DNA of 64,000 bases from an uncultured Lentisphaerales bacterium. Lineage in GTDB: Bacteria > Verrucomicrobiota > Kiritimatiellia > RFP12 > CAYQJG01. The translations under genes were made by a program, and so were the position numbers. Within the stretch, counting starts at the first letter, position 1. Each line of letters starts with the position of its first letter. The notes beneath the pieces were generated by a model that was given only the letters and a program-made list of their open reading frames with translations, was not told the origin of the DNA and ran no database searches. The stretch covers positions 17,420-81,419 of the forward strand of contig CAYQJG010000006.1 in NCBI GenBank assembly GCA_964417715.1. Reading direction: 5' to 3'. Shown here in pieces: positions 1 through 10,461 of this stretch.

Positions 1-1
1 A

Positions 2-871
2 CTAGGCGTCGGGTTGCGCGCGGATCTTGAGCAGCGCTCGGCCGACACACGCAGTTACACACGACCCACGATCCAGCCACCCGCTCAGACCGATGGGGAG
101 CAGACATTCCGCCACCTGAGCCCGCAGTTCACGCTGGCCTACCACTTCACCGATCACATGCTGGCCTATGTCGAGGCGGCCAAGGGGTTCAAGTCGGGCG
201 GCTTCAACGCGCAGTCGCCGGCAGGACAGGAGTCCTATGACGAGGAATCCAGTTGGACGTTCGAGACTGGGCTCAAGACCGCCTGGATGGAAGACCGCCT
301 GGTCGCAAATCTGGCCGTTTTCCGGACACTCTGGGATGACATCCAGTTGGATGTGCCATCGGGACTGCCGAACCTCTACTACATCGACAATGCCGGCCGC
401 GCCACCAGCCGCGGGGCCGAGCTGGAGTTGCAGGCGCGTCTGCTCAAGGGCCTGACGCTCTTCGGCAGCATCGGCCTGCTCGACACGGAATTCGCACAAG
501 GCAGTTCATCAGGCGGGACCGACATCGGCGACAATGACTTGCCCTTCGCGCCGCACGCCACCTGGCACGCGGGTGCCGAATACACACGGACACTGCATGG
601 TCGCATGCGCGGGTTTGTGCGCGGCGAGGTCGTCGGCACCGGGGGCTACGCGTATGACCCGATCGCCGGTGCCTCGCAAGGCAGTTACACGCTGGCAAAC
701 ATCCGCACGGGCGTCGATTCGGGGGACTGGCGTTTTGAGTTCTGGGTCCGCAACCTCTGCGACCGTGACTATGTGCCGCTGGCCTTCCCCTACCCGCTCT
801 CGCTATCAGGCTATGTCGGCGAGCCCGGCACCCCGCGCACGCTGGGCGCCTCAATTACCCGGCGATTCTAG
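2..871 (+). CDS. TonB-dependent outer-membrane receptor, C-terminal barrel portion (5' end outside window)
   Basis: Frame is open to the window edge. Translation shows beta-strand periodicity, the motifs 'AKGFKSGGFN' and 'RNLCDRDY', and ends ...ITRRF, the terminal aromatic residue typical of TBDR/OMP C-termini. Confidence 0.8.
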   Translation, partial: LGVGLRADLEQRSADTRSYTRPTIQPPAQTDGEQTFRHLSPQFTLAYHFTDHMLAYVEAAKGFKSGGFNAQSPAGQESYDEESSWTFETGLKTAWMEDRLVANLAVFRTLWDDIQLDVPSGLPNLYYIDNAGRATSRGAELELQARLLKGLTLFGSIGLLDTEFAQGSSSGGTDIGDNDLPFAPHATWHAGAEYTRTLHGRMRGFVRGEVVGTGGYAYDPIAGASQGSYTLANIRTGVDSGDWRFEFWVRNLCDRDYVPLAFPYPLSLSGYVGEPGTPRTLGASITRRF

Positions 872-884
872 AAAAGGACGCGTC

Positions 885-1307
885 ATGACACCGAAGAAGC
901 GAATTTACCTGAGCGGTCCCATCATGGACGAACACGTTGGCACGGCTCAGACCTGGCGCGAACGCGCCAAGACCGAGTTGCGTGACCACTTCGTCATGCT
1001 TGACCCGATGAGGCGCAACTTCAAGGACCGGGAGGTCGACAGCGCCAACGAGATTGTTGAGTTCGACCTGCAGGACGTGCGCGACACGGACATCCTGCTC
1101 GTGAACTACAACAAGGCATCCATCGGCACGGCGATGGAGGTCTTCTTCGCCGCGCACGACCTAGGCAAGTTCGTCGTAGCCTTCTCGCCGTTCACGTTCA
1201 AGGACTGCTCGCCCTGGATGGTGCGGTACTGCACCAAGATACTGCCCACCCTGGACGAGGCCATCACCTACATCCGCGAGCACTTCATCCAGCGGCATGT
1301 CGACTGA
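885..1307 (+). CDS. nucleoside 2-deoxyribosyltransferase-like protein (PF05014-like)
   Basis: ATG at 885 lies inside the longer track ORF 534..1307, just after the receptor stop. 'KRIYLSGPI...DTDILLVNY...GTAMEVFFA' matches the NDT-like pattern (YlaGP ... D ... GTa-E). Confidence 0.65.
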   Translation: MTPKKRIYLSGPIMDEHVGTAQTWRERAKTELRDHFVMLDPMRRNFKDREVDSANEIVEFDLQDVRDTDILLVNYNKASIGTAMEVFFAAHDLGKFVVAFSPFTFKDCSPWMVRYCTKILPTLDEAITYIREHFIQRHVD

Positions 1308-1345
1308 CGCGGATGATCCGTTTCTTTCACACATTTGTGTTTGTG

Positions 1346-2950
1346 TTAGCCTCTTCGCGCCGCAGCGGCGGCGACGAACGCCTTGAAAAGCGGATGCGCC
1401 TGTAGCGGGGTGGACTGGAACTCGGGGTGGAACTGGCAGGCCACGAACCAGGGGTGCGCCGGCAGTTCGATCATCTCCACCAGCGTGTCGTCCGGCGACC
1501 GCCCCGAGAGCGAGAGGCCGGCCTGCTCGAGTCGCTGCCGGTAGGCATTGTTGAACTCGTACCGGTGACGGTGGCGCTCGCTGATCGCGCGCGCGCCATA
1601 GATGCGCTCCGCCAGTGACCCCGGGGTCAGCACGCAGGGCTTGGCGCCCAAGCGCATGGTGCCACCCTTGTCAGTCGTCTTCCTCTGCGACTCCATCAGG
1701 TCGATCACTGGATGCGGCGTGCCTTCGTCAAACTCGGTGCTGTTGGCGCCTGCCAATCCGCAGACATTGCGGGCGAACTCCATCGTGGCGCACTGCATGC
1801 CCAGGCATATCCCGAAGAAGGGAACGCCGCGCTCGCGCGCATATTGCACGGACGCAATCTTGCCTTCCACCCCGCGGTTGCCGAAGCCACCCGGCACCAG
1901 CACGCCATGCACCCCGTCCAGCAGCACCGCCGCGCCCTTCGACTCGATCTCCTCCGATTCGATCAGGCGCAGCCGCACCCGCACGTCGTTGGCCACGCCG
2001 CCATGTGTCAGGGCCTCGTAAATGCTCTTGTAAGCGTCACGCAGGGTGATGTACTTGCCCACCACGGCGATTTCGACTTCGCCCTTGGTCGGCGTGATGA
2101 GACGCGTCAGCATCCCCCTCCAATCGGCCAGATCAATCTCCTGCACATGCAGTCCGAGCTTCTCGAGCAGGTAGACGTCCATCCCCTGCCGCGCCAGTTC
2201 GACCGGCACTTCGTAGATGGAGTGCGCAACGTCGCGCTCCTCAATCACCATCTCGAGCTCAACATTGCAGAAGAGTGCGAGTTTCTCCCGGTGCTCGTCG
2301 CCCATCGGCCGTTCACACCGACAGACCAGGAAGTCAGGAAGAATGCCAATCGTACGGAGAATCCCCACAGACTGCTGGGACGGCTTCGTCTTGAGCTCCT
2401 CCGCCGCCTTGATGTACGGCACCAGCGTCACGTGCACGAACAGTCCGTTCTCCCGCCCGATCTCCTGGCGCAGTTGGCGGATGGCCTCAAGAAACGGCAG
2501 ACTCTCGATGTCGCCAACGGTACCGCCGATCTCGGTCATGACGATATCGACGTCGGGCGCGTCCATCGACCGGATGGCGGTCTTGATCTCATTCGTTATG
2601 TGCGGGATGACCTGAACGGTCTTGCCCAGGTAGCCGCCCTGGCGTTCACGGTGAATCACCGCGCTGTAGATGCTGCCCGTTGTGAAGTTGGAGTTGCGCG
2701 TACACGCCTGGCCCGTGAAGCGCTCGTAGTGTCCCAGGTCGAGGTCGGTTTCGGCGCCGTCCACGGTGACATAGACCTCGCCGTGTTGGTAGGGCGACAT
2801 CGTGCCCGGGTCGACATTCAGGTAGGGATCCAGTTTCTGCATGCGCACGCGGTAGCCGCGCTTCTTCAGCAGCAGCGCCAGCGACGCGGCCGTCAACCCC
2901 TTGCCCAGCGAAGACACAACCCCGCCCGTGATGAAAACGTGTTTGGTCAT
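1346..2950 (-). CDS. pyrG: CTP synthase
   Basis: 534 aa. N-terminus '[18 protein letters not shown]' and glutamine amidotransferase motif 'FFGICLGMQ'; the full length resembles PyrG. Confidence 0.97.
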   Translation of the reverse strand: MTKHVFITGGVVSSLGKGLTAASLALLLKKRGYRVRMQKLDPYLNVDPGTMSPYQHGEVYVTVDGAETDLDLGHYERFTGQACTRNSNFTTGSIYSAVIHRERQGGYLGKTVQVIPHITNEIKTAIRSMDAPDVDIVMTEIGGTVGDIESLPFLEAIRQLRQEIGRENGLFVHVTLVPYIKAAEELKTKPSQQSVGILRTIGILPDFLVCRCERPMGDEHREKLALFCNVELEMVIEERDVAHSIYEVPVELARQGMDVYLLEKLGLHVQEIDLADWRGMLTRLITPTKGEVEIAVVGKYITLRDAYKSIYEALTHGGVANDVRVRLRLIESEEIESKGAAVLLDGVHGVLVPGGFGNRGVEGKIASVQYARERGVPFFGICLGMQCATMEFARNVCGLAGANSTEFDEGTPHPVIDLMESQRKTTDKGGTMRLGAKPCVLTPGSLAERIYGARAISERHRHRYEFNNAYRQRLEQAGLSLSGRSPDDTLVEMIELPAHPWFVACQFHPEFQSTPLQAHPLFKAFVAAAAARRG

Positions 2951-2959
2951 AGCCCCTCG

Positions 2960-4393
2960 TCATTCCTCTTCGATCTGGTTGGTCTCAAGTTCGAACTTGC
3001 CGATCATGTGGCTCACATCAACAGGGTACTCGCCGGTGAAACAGGCGCGGCAGAATTGCGCCGCTCCGTCCTTGAACGGCGCCAGCAACCCCTCCTCGCT
3101 CAGGTACCCGAGACTGTCGGCGCCGATGTACGTCCGGATCTGGTCGACCTCGCGGTTGGCCGCCACAAGTTCTGACCGCGTCGCAAAGTCGATGCCGAAG
3201 AAGCAGGGATGGCGCGTGGGCGGGCACGAAATGCGCACATGAACCTCGCGGGCCCCGGCGTCGCGCAACCAGGCCACACGACGCTGAATGGTTGTGCCGC
3301 GCACGATCGAGTCGTCGACGATCACCACACGCTTGCCGCAGACGACCTCCGGCAGCACGGCCAGCTTCATGTCGACCCCGCTCACGCGCTGAGCGGAACT
3401 CGGCATGATGAAGGTGCGTCCGACGTAATGATTGCGGATGAACCCCATGTCCAGCGGGATGCCGCTCTCGCGCGCATAGCCGATCGCAGCGGACATGCCG
3501 CTGTCGGGGATCGGCACCACGACGTCCGCATCGGCTGGGTGTTCCTTGGCCAGCGCCATGCCATATTGCACGCGCACCTGGTGTACGTTATGTCCGAACA
3601 CCGTGCTGTCCTGCCGGGCGAAATAGACCATCTCGAACACGCACTGGGCATGACGCGTGCGCGGTTCGGCGAACCGGTAGCTCGTAAGTCCGCGCGTGTT
3701 AATCACGACCAACTCGCCCGGCTCGACCTCGCGCACATACGTTGCGCCCACCTGCCGCAGCGCGCACGTCTCACTGGCGAACACGTATCCCCCACCCAGT
3801 TGTCCGATCACCAACGGCTTGAACCCCATCGGGTCACGGGCCGCCATGACGCTGTCGCGGGTCATCAGCAGGAATGCGAATGCACCGCGCAACTCGGCCA
3901 GCGCACGTCCCACGTGCTGGGTGCGGTTACGAAAGTGCGGATCGGCCAGCAGGTGTACAAGCACCTCGCTGTCGGTCGTCGTCTGGAAGATCGACCCCGA
4001 CTCCTGGTAGTTGTGGCGCAGTTCCGCGGCGTTGGTCAGGTTGCCGTTATGCGCGATCGCCCAGGCCCCGCCCGCGCACTCGGCCACCAGGGGCTGCACG
4101 TTCTGCACGCGCGAGGCTCCCGTTGTCGAGTACCGCACATGCCCGATTCCCATCCCGCCGCGCAGAAAGGCAAGATTCTCAGGCGCAAACACGTGGTCGA
4201 CCTGCCCCAGTCCCTTGTGACTGCGGAGCCGTTCGCCGTCGCTGGTCACGATGCCGGCGCCTTCCTGCCCGCGGTGCTGCTGCGCAAACAGCCCGATATA
4301 GATCAGTTTGGCCGCGTCTGCCACACCGTGAACGCCAAAGAGACCACAGTATTCGCGTGCCGAATCGCCGCCACCCGTTTGGCCGGTTTCCAT
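2960..4393 (-). CDS. purF: amidophosphoribosyltransferase
   Basis: Ntn-type 'CGLFGV' near the N-terminus, PRPP loop 'VVIVDDSIVRGTT', and C-terminal Cys ligands. Confidence 0.95.
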   Translation of the reverse strand: METGQTGGGDSAREYCGLFGVHGVADAAKLIYIGLFAQQHRGQEGAGIVTSDGERLRSHKGLGQVDHVFAPENLAFLRGGMGIGHVRYSTTGASRVQNVQPLVAECAGGAWAIAHNGNLTNAAELRHNYQESGSIFQTTTDSEVLVHLLADPHFRNRTQHVGRALAELRGAFAFLLMTRDSVMAARDPMGFKPLVIGQLGGGYVFASETCALRQVGATYVREVEPGELVVINTRGLTSYRFAEPRTRHAQCVFEMVYFARQDSTVFGHNVHQVRVQYGMALAKEHPADADVVVPIPDSGMSAAIGYARESGIPLDMGFIRNHYVGRTFIMPSSAQRVSGVDMKLAVLPEVVCGKRVVIVDDSIVRGTTIQRRVAWLRDAGAREVHVRISCPPTRHPCFFGIDFATRSELVAANREVDQIRTYIGADSLGYLSEEGLLAPFKDGAAQFCRACFTGEYPVDVSHMIGKFELETNQIEEE

Positions 4394-4431
4394 GGATAGT
4401 CCCCCGATTGTGGTCGTTTTGGCCCGCGCCG

Positions 4432-5859
4432 CTATTTCCGGCTCAGCCAGGCGTGGATGCTCTCGGCCGTCGCCCGCCCGTCCGTGATCGCACGGACCAC
4501 CAGCGACGCGCCCCGCGCCAGATCGCCGGCGGCGAAGACGCCAGCCACGCTGGACATGTGGCTGGCATCCTTGGCGACGTTGCCGCGCGGGTCAAACGCG
4601 ACGCCCAAGTCGGTCAACAGCCGCGACTTGCGCGGGCCCGTGAAGCCCATGGCCAGCAGAACCAGGTCCGCGGGCACGTCGAACTCCGTGTCTGGACGCA
4701 TCTGCATGCTTGGCCGGCCGTCGGCACCGGCACCCCATTGTACCTCGCAGGCCCGCAGTCCCACGACGCGCCCCTCCAGTCCGAGTATCTCGCGCGTCGT
4801 GATGCACCATCGCCGTTCGCCGCCCTCTTTGTGACTGCTGGAATCGCGCCGCATGTTCGGCCACATCGGCCAGGGCGTGCTGGCGGCGCGGGTCGGAGGG
4901 GGCTCGGGCAGAATCTCGTACTGCCGGACGCTCCTGGCCCCCTGGCGCAGCGACGTGCCAAGGCAATCGGATCCGGTATCGCCGCCACCGATGATCACGA
5001 CGTGCTTGCCGGCGGCGGAGACGTCCTGTTCCGGCGTCAGGACATCGCCGTCCAGACGCATGTTCTGCCAGCGCAGGAAATCCAGCGCGAAGTAGACGCC
5101 GTTGAGGTCGCGTCCCGGCACGTTCAGGTCGCGCGGCTCGCGTGCGCCACCGGTCAGGCAGACGGCATCAAAGCGGCTCAACAGGTAGCGCGCGGACACA
5201 TCTTCTCCCACCCGCAACCCGAGTTCGAAACGCACGCCTTCGGCTTCCATCAGTCGCACGCGCCGGTCAACCACGCGCTTCTCCAGCTTGAACTCGGGGA
5301 TGCCGTAGCGCAGAATGCCGCCGGCATGCGAGGCCATGTCATAGACCGTAACGGTATAGCCGATGTGGTTGAGCGAATCGGCTACGGCCAACCCCGCCGG
5401 ACCCGAGCCGATGACGGCCACGCGGCAATCAAGGCGCCTGGCCGGCACACGCGGCACAACCCATCCTTCGGCGAAACCCTTCTCGATGATGGCCAACTCG
5501 ATGTTGCGGATCGTCACGGGCTCGTCGTTGATGCCCAGCACGCACGACCCTTCGCAGAGCGCCGGGCAGACACGTCCAGTAAACTCGGGGAAGTTGCTCG
5601 TGCTCAGCAGCAGGTCGAGCGCATCACGCCAGCGTCCCTGGTTGACGAGTTCGTTGGTCTCGGGGATCAGGTTCGCCAGCGGACAACCGCAGCCATGGCA
5701 GAAGGGCGTGCCGCAGTCCATGCAACGCGACGCCTGCTGACGCGTGAGTTCATCGCCCAGCGGCTTCTCGACCTCCTTCCAGTCGTGCAACCGCTCGTCC
5801 TTGTCGCGATACCCCGCGGCGCGGCGCGCGATGTCCATGAAACCGGTCACGCTACCCAT
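4432..5859 (-). CDS. gltD: glutamate synthase small (beta) subunit, NAD(P)H-dependent
   Basis: 'MGSVTGFMDI...' start preceded by GAGGAGG; the track ORF starts 15 nt further up. Fe-S motif 'CMDCGTPFCH' and dinucleotide fold 'VAVIGSGPAGLA'. Overlaps the gltB stop by 8 nt. Confidence 0.93.
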   Translation of the reverse strand: MGSVTGFMDIARRAAGYRDKDERLHDWKEVEKPLGDELTRQQASRCMDCGTPFCHGCGCPLANLIPETNELVNQGRWRDALDLLLSTSNFPEFTGRVCPALCEGSCVLGINDEPVTIRNIELAIIEKGFAEGWVVPRVPARRLDCRVAVIGSGPAGLAVADSLNHIGYTVTVYDMASHAGGILRYGIPEFKLEKRVVDRRVRLMEAEGVRFELGLRVGEDVSARYLLSRFDAVCLTGGAREPRDLNVPGRDLNGVYFALDFLRWQNMRLDGDVLTPEQDVSAAGKHVVIIGGGDTGSDCLGTSLRQGARSVRQYEILPEPPPTRAASTPWPMWPNMRRDSSSHKEGGERRWCITTREILGLEGRVVGLRACEVQWGAGADGRPSMQMRPDTEFDVPADLVLLAMGFTGPRKSRLLTDLGVAFDPRGNVAKDASHMSSVAGVFAAGDLARGASLVVRAITDGRATAESIHAWLSRK

Positions 5860-8800
5860 GAGCCACCTCCTCACGCTCGGTCTGCTCGTCCTCGCGCATC
5901 ATCTGCCCCAGCACACGGCGATACTCCATCGGGAAAACCTTGACGAATCGAGGCAACTCGGCCTCCCAGTTCTCCAAGATGACCTGGCCGCGGCGGCTGC
6001 CGGTGGCCGCCACGTGCTTCTCGACAAGCGTCCGCAGTTCGGACACATCGCCCAGGCTGACGACTTGCTCAAGGTCCACCATATCGAGATTGCAGCGCGT
6101 GTCGAAGAAACCATCCTCGTCATAGACGTAGGCGATGCCGCCGCTCATGCCCGCACCGAAATTCAGCCCGGTTCGCCCAAGCACGACAACGCGCCCGCCG
6201 GTCATATACTCGCAACCATGGTCGCCAACGCCCTCGACCACCGCCTGCACGCCGCTGTTGCGGATCGCAAAGCGCTCGCCCACGGTCCCCGCGATGTACA
6301 CCTCGCCGCAGGTCGCTCCATACAACAGCACGTTGCCCGCGATGGTATTGGAGGCTGAATCAAAGCTGGCATCCGGCGGCAGCCGCAGCACGATCTTGCC
6401 GCCAGAAAGCCCCTTCCCGACGTAGTCATTGGCCTCGCCCTCGAGGATCAGGGTCAACCCGCGCGTCGCCCATGCGCCGAAACTCTGGCCGGCGGTCCCG
6501 GTGCAACGCAGCGTGATCGTGTCCTCAGGCAGCCCGGCATGCCCGTGGCGCTTGGCGATACGGCCGGCAATCATCGTTCCGACCGTGCGATTCACGTTCC
6601 GAACCGGCACGTCGAGGCGCACACGCGTCCCGTTTTCGATGGCATCGGCAAGTCGCGGCAGGAGCCGGGCGTCGATCGTGTCGGACAGGTCGTGCTTGCG
6701 TGGGCTGACACAGCGGCGCGGCGTGTCGATCTCGGGACGGTAGAAAACGCGCGAGAAATCCAGCCCGCGCGCCTTCCAGAACGTGATCGCCGCGTTGGTT
6801 TCCAGCAGGTCGCTGCGACCGACAGCCTCGTCGATCGAACGCAGCCCCAGGGCGGCCAGGCGCGCGCGCACATCCTCGGCGATGAACCGCATGAACCGTT
6901 CGAGGTGCTCGGGCTTGCCGGCAAAACACTTGCGAAGCTTGGGGTCCTGTGTGGCAACACCCACGGGACAGGTGTTCTGGTGACACTTGCGCATCATCAC
7001 GCAACCCATGCAGACCAGCGCCGTCGTGGCGAAGCCAAACTCCTCGGCGCCCAGCAGCGCGCCGATGATCACGTCGCGCCCCGTCTTCAGTTGGCCGTCA
7101 ACCTGCACGCGCACCTTGTCGCGCAGCGCATTGAGCAGCAGCGTCTGGTGCGTCTCGGACAGTCCCAGTTCCCACGGCGCGCCGGCGTGTTTGATGGAGG
7201 TCAGGGGCGATGCGCCGGTGCCGCCGTCATAGCCGCTGATCAGCACGCGATCGGCCTCGGCCTTGGAGACACCGGCAGCCACCGTGCCGACGCCGATCTC
7301 GGAGACGAGCTTGACCGATACCTCGGCCTCGGGGTTCACGTTGCGCAGGTCGTAGATGAGCTGCTTGATGTCCTCGATGGAGTAGATGTCATGGTGCGGC
7401 GGCGGCGAGATCAGCGTCACGCCCGGCGTCGCGTGCCGCGTCTTGGCGATCTCGGCGTTGACCTTGTGACCGGGCAGTTGCCCGCCCTCACCGGGCTTCG
7501 CGCCCTGGGCAATCTTGATCTGAAGTTCGCGCGCGTTCACACAGTACTCGGCCGTCACGCCGAAGCGCCCGCTGGCCACCTGCTTGATCGCGCTGCAGCG
7601 GCTGTCGCCGTTGGGAAGAGCCTGGTAGCGCGCGGGGTCCTCGCCACCCTCGCCGCAGTTGCTCCGGCCGCCGATGCGATTCATGGCGATCGCGATCGTC
7701 TCGTGGGCCTCGCGGCTGATCGAGCCAAACGACATCGCGCCCGTGACGAAACGCCGCATGATCTGCTCGGCCGGCTCCACTTCGGACAGCGGCACAGGCC
7801 GCGTCTCGCAGAACTCGAACATGCCCCGCAGTGTGAACTGCTGCCGAACCTGGTTGTTGATCAGTTCGGCATACTCGCGGTAGAGCGCCGTGCTGTCGGT
7901 GCGCACGGCCTGCTGTAGTTTGGCGATCGAGTCCGTGGTCCAGAGGTGCCGCTCGCCATCCTTGCGGAAGCGGTAGAAACCGCCGCTGGGCAGGATCGGC
8001 AGCATGTCGACACGGGGCTCATAGGCCTGCTCCCATCGGGCGTTCGCCTCGGCGGCAATCTCATCAAGCCCAAGTCCTTCGACCCGCGATGCCGTTCCTC
8101 GAAAATAGGCATCGATCACCTTGCGGTTGAGCCCGACGGCCTCGAAGATCTGTGCGTTGCGGTAGCCGCGCAGCGTGGAGATTCCCATCTTCGACATGAT
8201 CTTGCGCAGCCCTTCGCACAGGGCCGCGATGTAGTTCTCGACGGCTTTGGCGGAGCTGATCGCCGCACTCAATTCATTGCGTTCGGCGAGCGCCGCCACA
8301 GTCTCGAACGCCAGGTAGGGATTCACCGCTGTCGCGCCATAGCCCAGCAACAGGGCCAGGTGCATGACCTCACGCGGTTCGCCCGACTCGACGATCAACC
8401 CGGTCGGCGTGCGCAGGCCCTTGGCGATCAGATGCTGATTGACCGCCGCCACGGCCAGCAAGGCGGGAATGGGGACATAGTCAGCCGGAAGATTGCGGTC
8501 GCTGAGCACCAGGATGTTCGAGCCATGCGTGACGGCCGCTTCGGCCTGAACGCTCAACTGATGCAGCGCCGATTCCAGCGAGGCGCCGTCGCCCCCGGCG
8601 GGGAAACCCGTCTGCAGCGTGCGCGCGCGATAGTCGGCGATCCTGAGTCCGCGAATGCGCTCGAGATCCTCATTGGCCAGCACCGGGTGCCTCAGTTTGA
8701 CCAGCCGCGCATAGCCCGGCGTCTCGACGAGGATATTCGCCGGCGTGCCGATGAACGTCATCAGCGACATCACCAGCTCTTCGCGGATCGGGTCGATCGG

Positions 8801-10396
8801 CGGGTTGGTGACCTGGGCGAAGACCTGCTTGAAGTAGTTGTAAAGCGGCTGCGGTTTCTCTGAGAAGACCGCCAGCGGTACATCATGCCCCATGGAACCG
8901 ATCGCCTCGTGCCCCTTGGCGCCCATCGGCTCGAGCAGCACCTGCACATCCTCGCGCGTGTAGCCGTGCAACCGCTGGCGCCGCAGCAGCGTGGCGTGTT
9001 CGGGGACAACCGGCGCCACAGCGCCAAACAGCCCCTGCACCGTGATCTTGTTCTCCTCGACCCAGCGGCGGTAGGGCTGTCGACGCGCCAGCAAGCTCTT
9101 GATCTCCGGGTTTCGCATGATCCGGTGCCGCTCCAGATCGAGAACAAGCATCTGGCCGGGGCGCAGGGCGCCCTTCTCGGCCGTCTCGCTGGCGGGGATG
9201 CTGAGCACACCGGTCTCGCTGGCCAGAACGACGAAGCCATCCTTGCGGACCGTGTATCGGGCCGGCCGCAGACCGTTGCGGTCCAGAATCGCGCCCACCA
9301 CGGTGCCGTCGGTGAAGGCCACGGTCGCAGGTCCATCCCACGGTTCCATCAGCCCGGCATGATACTCGAAGAAGCCCTTCTGGTCGGGACCCAACGGGTA
9401 CTTCGGTCCCCACGCCTCCGGGATGAGCATCATCATGGTGTGCGGCAACGAGCGTCCCGCGGCATGCAGCAACTCCACCACGTTATCCAGCGAGGCCGAA
9501 TCGCTGCCGCCCGGGTCAACGACCGGCAGAACCTTCTTGATGTCTCCGCCGAACGCGTCGCAGGCCAGCGCACCCTCGCGCGCCCGCATCTGGTTCAGGT
9601 TACCGCGCAGGGTGTTGATCTCGCCGTTGTGACCGATGAAGCGGAAGGGCTGGGCCAGTTCCCACGACGGGAAGGTGTTCGTGCTGTAACGCTGATGCAC
9701 GACCGCCACCGCGCTCTCAAACTCCGGCATTACCAGGTCCTTGTAGAAACCGGATACCTGCCCGCCCATCAGCATGCCCTTGTAAACGATGGTGCGGCAG
9801 GAGAAACTCGCCACGTAGAACGTCTCGTCCGGCGGCAAGACGGGACGCACACGTTGCTGAACCTGCTTGCGAATGACATAGAGTCGGCGGTCCAGATCAG
9901 CGCCCGTCAGGCCGCCACCATGGACAAAGCCCTGCATCACAAACGGCCGCCCGGCAAATGCCAGTGCGCCCAGGACCGACTCGTCAACCGGCACATCGCG
10001 CCAGCCCAGGAACCCCAGTCCCTCGTCTTTCACCGTCGCCACCAAGGCCGACATGCAGGCCGCCCGCGCCTCGCTGTGCCGCGGCATGAAGAACATCCCC
10101 ACGCCGTAGGTGCCCGCTGGCGGCAGGGGCTGCGTCAGCTTCCAGAGACGACGAAACAGCTTGTCCGGCACCTGGGTTAAAATGCCCGCGCCATCGCCCG
10201 TCGCCTGATCGCCGCCAACGGCCCCGCGATGCAGCAGGTTGCGCAACACCGTGATCGCATTGTCAACGATCTCATGCGAAGGCTTACCGTCCAGATGGGC
10301 CAGAAAGCCGACCCCGCAGGCATCGTGCTCGTTAGCTGGATCGTACAGGCCCTGCATCGCAGGTATGCGACTGAGGAACGGTGGCTTCGATTGCAT
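5852..10396 (-). CDS. gltB: glutamate synthase large (alpha) subunit
   Basis: 1514 aa. Ntn amidotransferase 'CGVGF', FMN/Fe-S central domain, and C-terminal GXGXG beta-helix region. Confidence 0.97.
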   Translation of the reverse strand: MQSKPPFLSRIPAMQGLYDPANEHDACGVGFLAHLDGKPSHEIVDNAITVLRNLLHRGAVGGDQATGDGAGILTQVPDKLFRRLWKLTQPLPPAGTYGVGMFFMPRHSEARAACMSALVATVKDEGLGFLGWRDVPVDESVLGALAFAGRPFVMQGFVHGGGLTGADLDRRLYVIRKQVQQRVRPVLPPDETFYVASFSCRTIVYKGMLMGGQVSGFYKDLVMPEFESAVAVVHQRYSTNTFPSWELAQPFRFIGHNGEINTLRGNLNQMRAREGALACDAFGGDIKKVLPVVDPGGSDSASLDNVVELLHAAGRSLPHTMMMLIPEAWGPKYPLGPDQKGFFEYHAGLMEPWDGPATVAFTDGTVVGAILDRNGLRPARYTVRKDGFVVLASETGVLSIPASETAEKGALRPGQMLVLDLERHRIMRNPEIKSLLARRQPYRRWVEENKITVQGLFGAVAPVVPEHATLLRRQRLHGYTREDVQVLLEPMGAKGHEAIGSMGHDVPLAVFSEKPQPLYNYFKQVFAQVTNPPIDPIREELVMSLMTFIGTPANILVETPGYARLVKLRHPVLANEDLERIRGLRIADYRARTLQTGFPAGGDGASLESALHQLSVQAEAAVTHGSNILVLSDRNLPADYVPIPALLAVAAVNQHLIAKGLRTPTGLIVESGEPREVMHLALLLGYGATAVNPYLAFETVAALAERNELSAAISSAKAVENYIAALCEGLRKIMSKMGISTLRGYRNAQIFEAVGLNRKVIDAYFRGTASRVEGLGLDEIAAEANARWEQAYEPRVDMLPILPSGGFYRFRKDGERHLWTTDSIAKLQQAVRTDSTALYREYAELINNQVRQQFTLRGMFEFCETRPVPLSEVEPAEQIMRRFVTGAMSFGSISREAHETIAIAMNRIGGRSNCGEGGEDPARYQALPNGDSRCSAIKQVASGRFGVTAEYCVNARELQIKIAQGAKPGEGGQLPGHKVNAEIAKTRHATPGVTLISPPPHHDIYSIEDIKQLIYDLRNVNPEAEVSVKLVSEIGVGTVAAGVSKAEADRVLISGYDGGTGASPLTSIKHAGAPWELGLSETHQTLLLNALRDKVRVQVDGQLKTGRDVIIGALLGAEEFGFATTALVCMGCVMMRKCHQNTCPVGVATQDPKLRKCFAGKPEHLERFMRFIAEDVRARLAALGLRSIDEAVGRSDLLETNAAITFWKARGLDFSRVFYRPEIDTPRRCVSPRKHDLSDTIDARLLPRLADAIENGTRVRLDVPVRNVNRTVGTMIAGRIAKRHGHAGLPEDTITLRCTGTAGQSFGAWATRGLTLILEGEANDYVGKGLSGGKIVLRLPPDASFDSASNTIAGNVLLYGATCGEVYIAGTVGERFAIRNSGVQAVVEGVGDHGCEYMTGGRVVVLGRTGLNFGAGMSGGIAYVYDEDGFFDTRCNLDMVDLEQVVSLGDVSELRTLVEKHVAATGSRRGQVILENWEAELPRFVKVFPMEYRRVLGQMMREDEQTEREEVAHG

Positions 10397-10445
10397 GCAG
10401 ACTACCCCTCATGGCGCGTTCTCGGTACTGAACGGAGTGTTATGA

Positions 10446-10461
10446 TGCAGACGATGTGCCA
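10446..10461 (-). promoter_or_regulatory. sigma-54 (-24/-12) promoter candidate for gltBD
   Basis: Minus strand reads TGGCACATCGTCTGCA, i.e. TGGCAC-N5-CTGCA with the consensus GG-N10-GC spacing. It lies ~50 nt upstream of the gltB ATG, and a sigma-54 activator gene is divergent from it. Confidence 0.6.

Noticed and set aside
3874-5943. Very long ORFs antisense to, or out of frame with, recognised genes: 1712..3175, 3874..5943, 6539..7918, 16996..19086, 39672..40970, 42899..44065, 54909..56075, 57262..58950.
   Set aside because: These are typical stop-codon-poor shadow frames of a GC-rich genome. Their translations are Arg/Ala/Pro/Gly-rich with no recognisable motifs, and every one fully overlaps a gene with strong family signatures.
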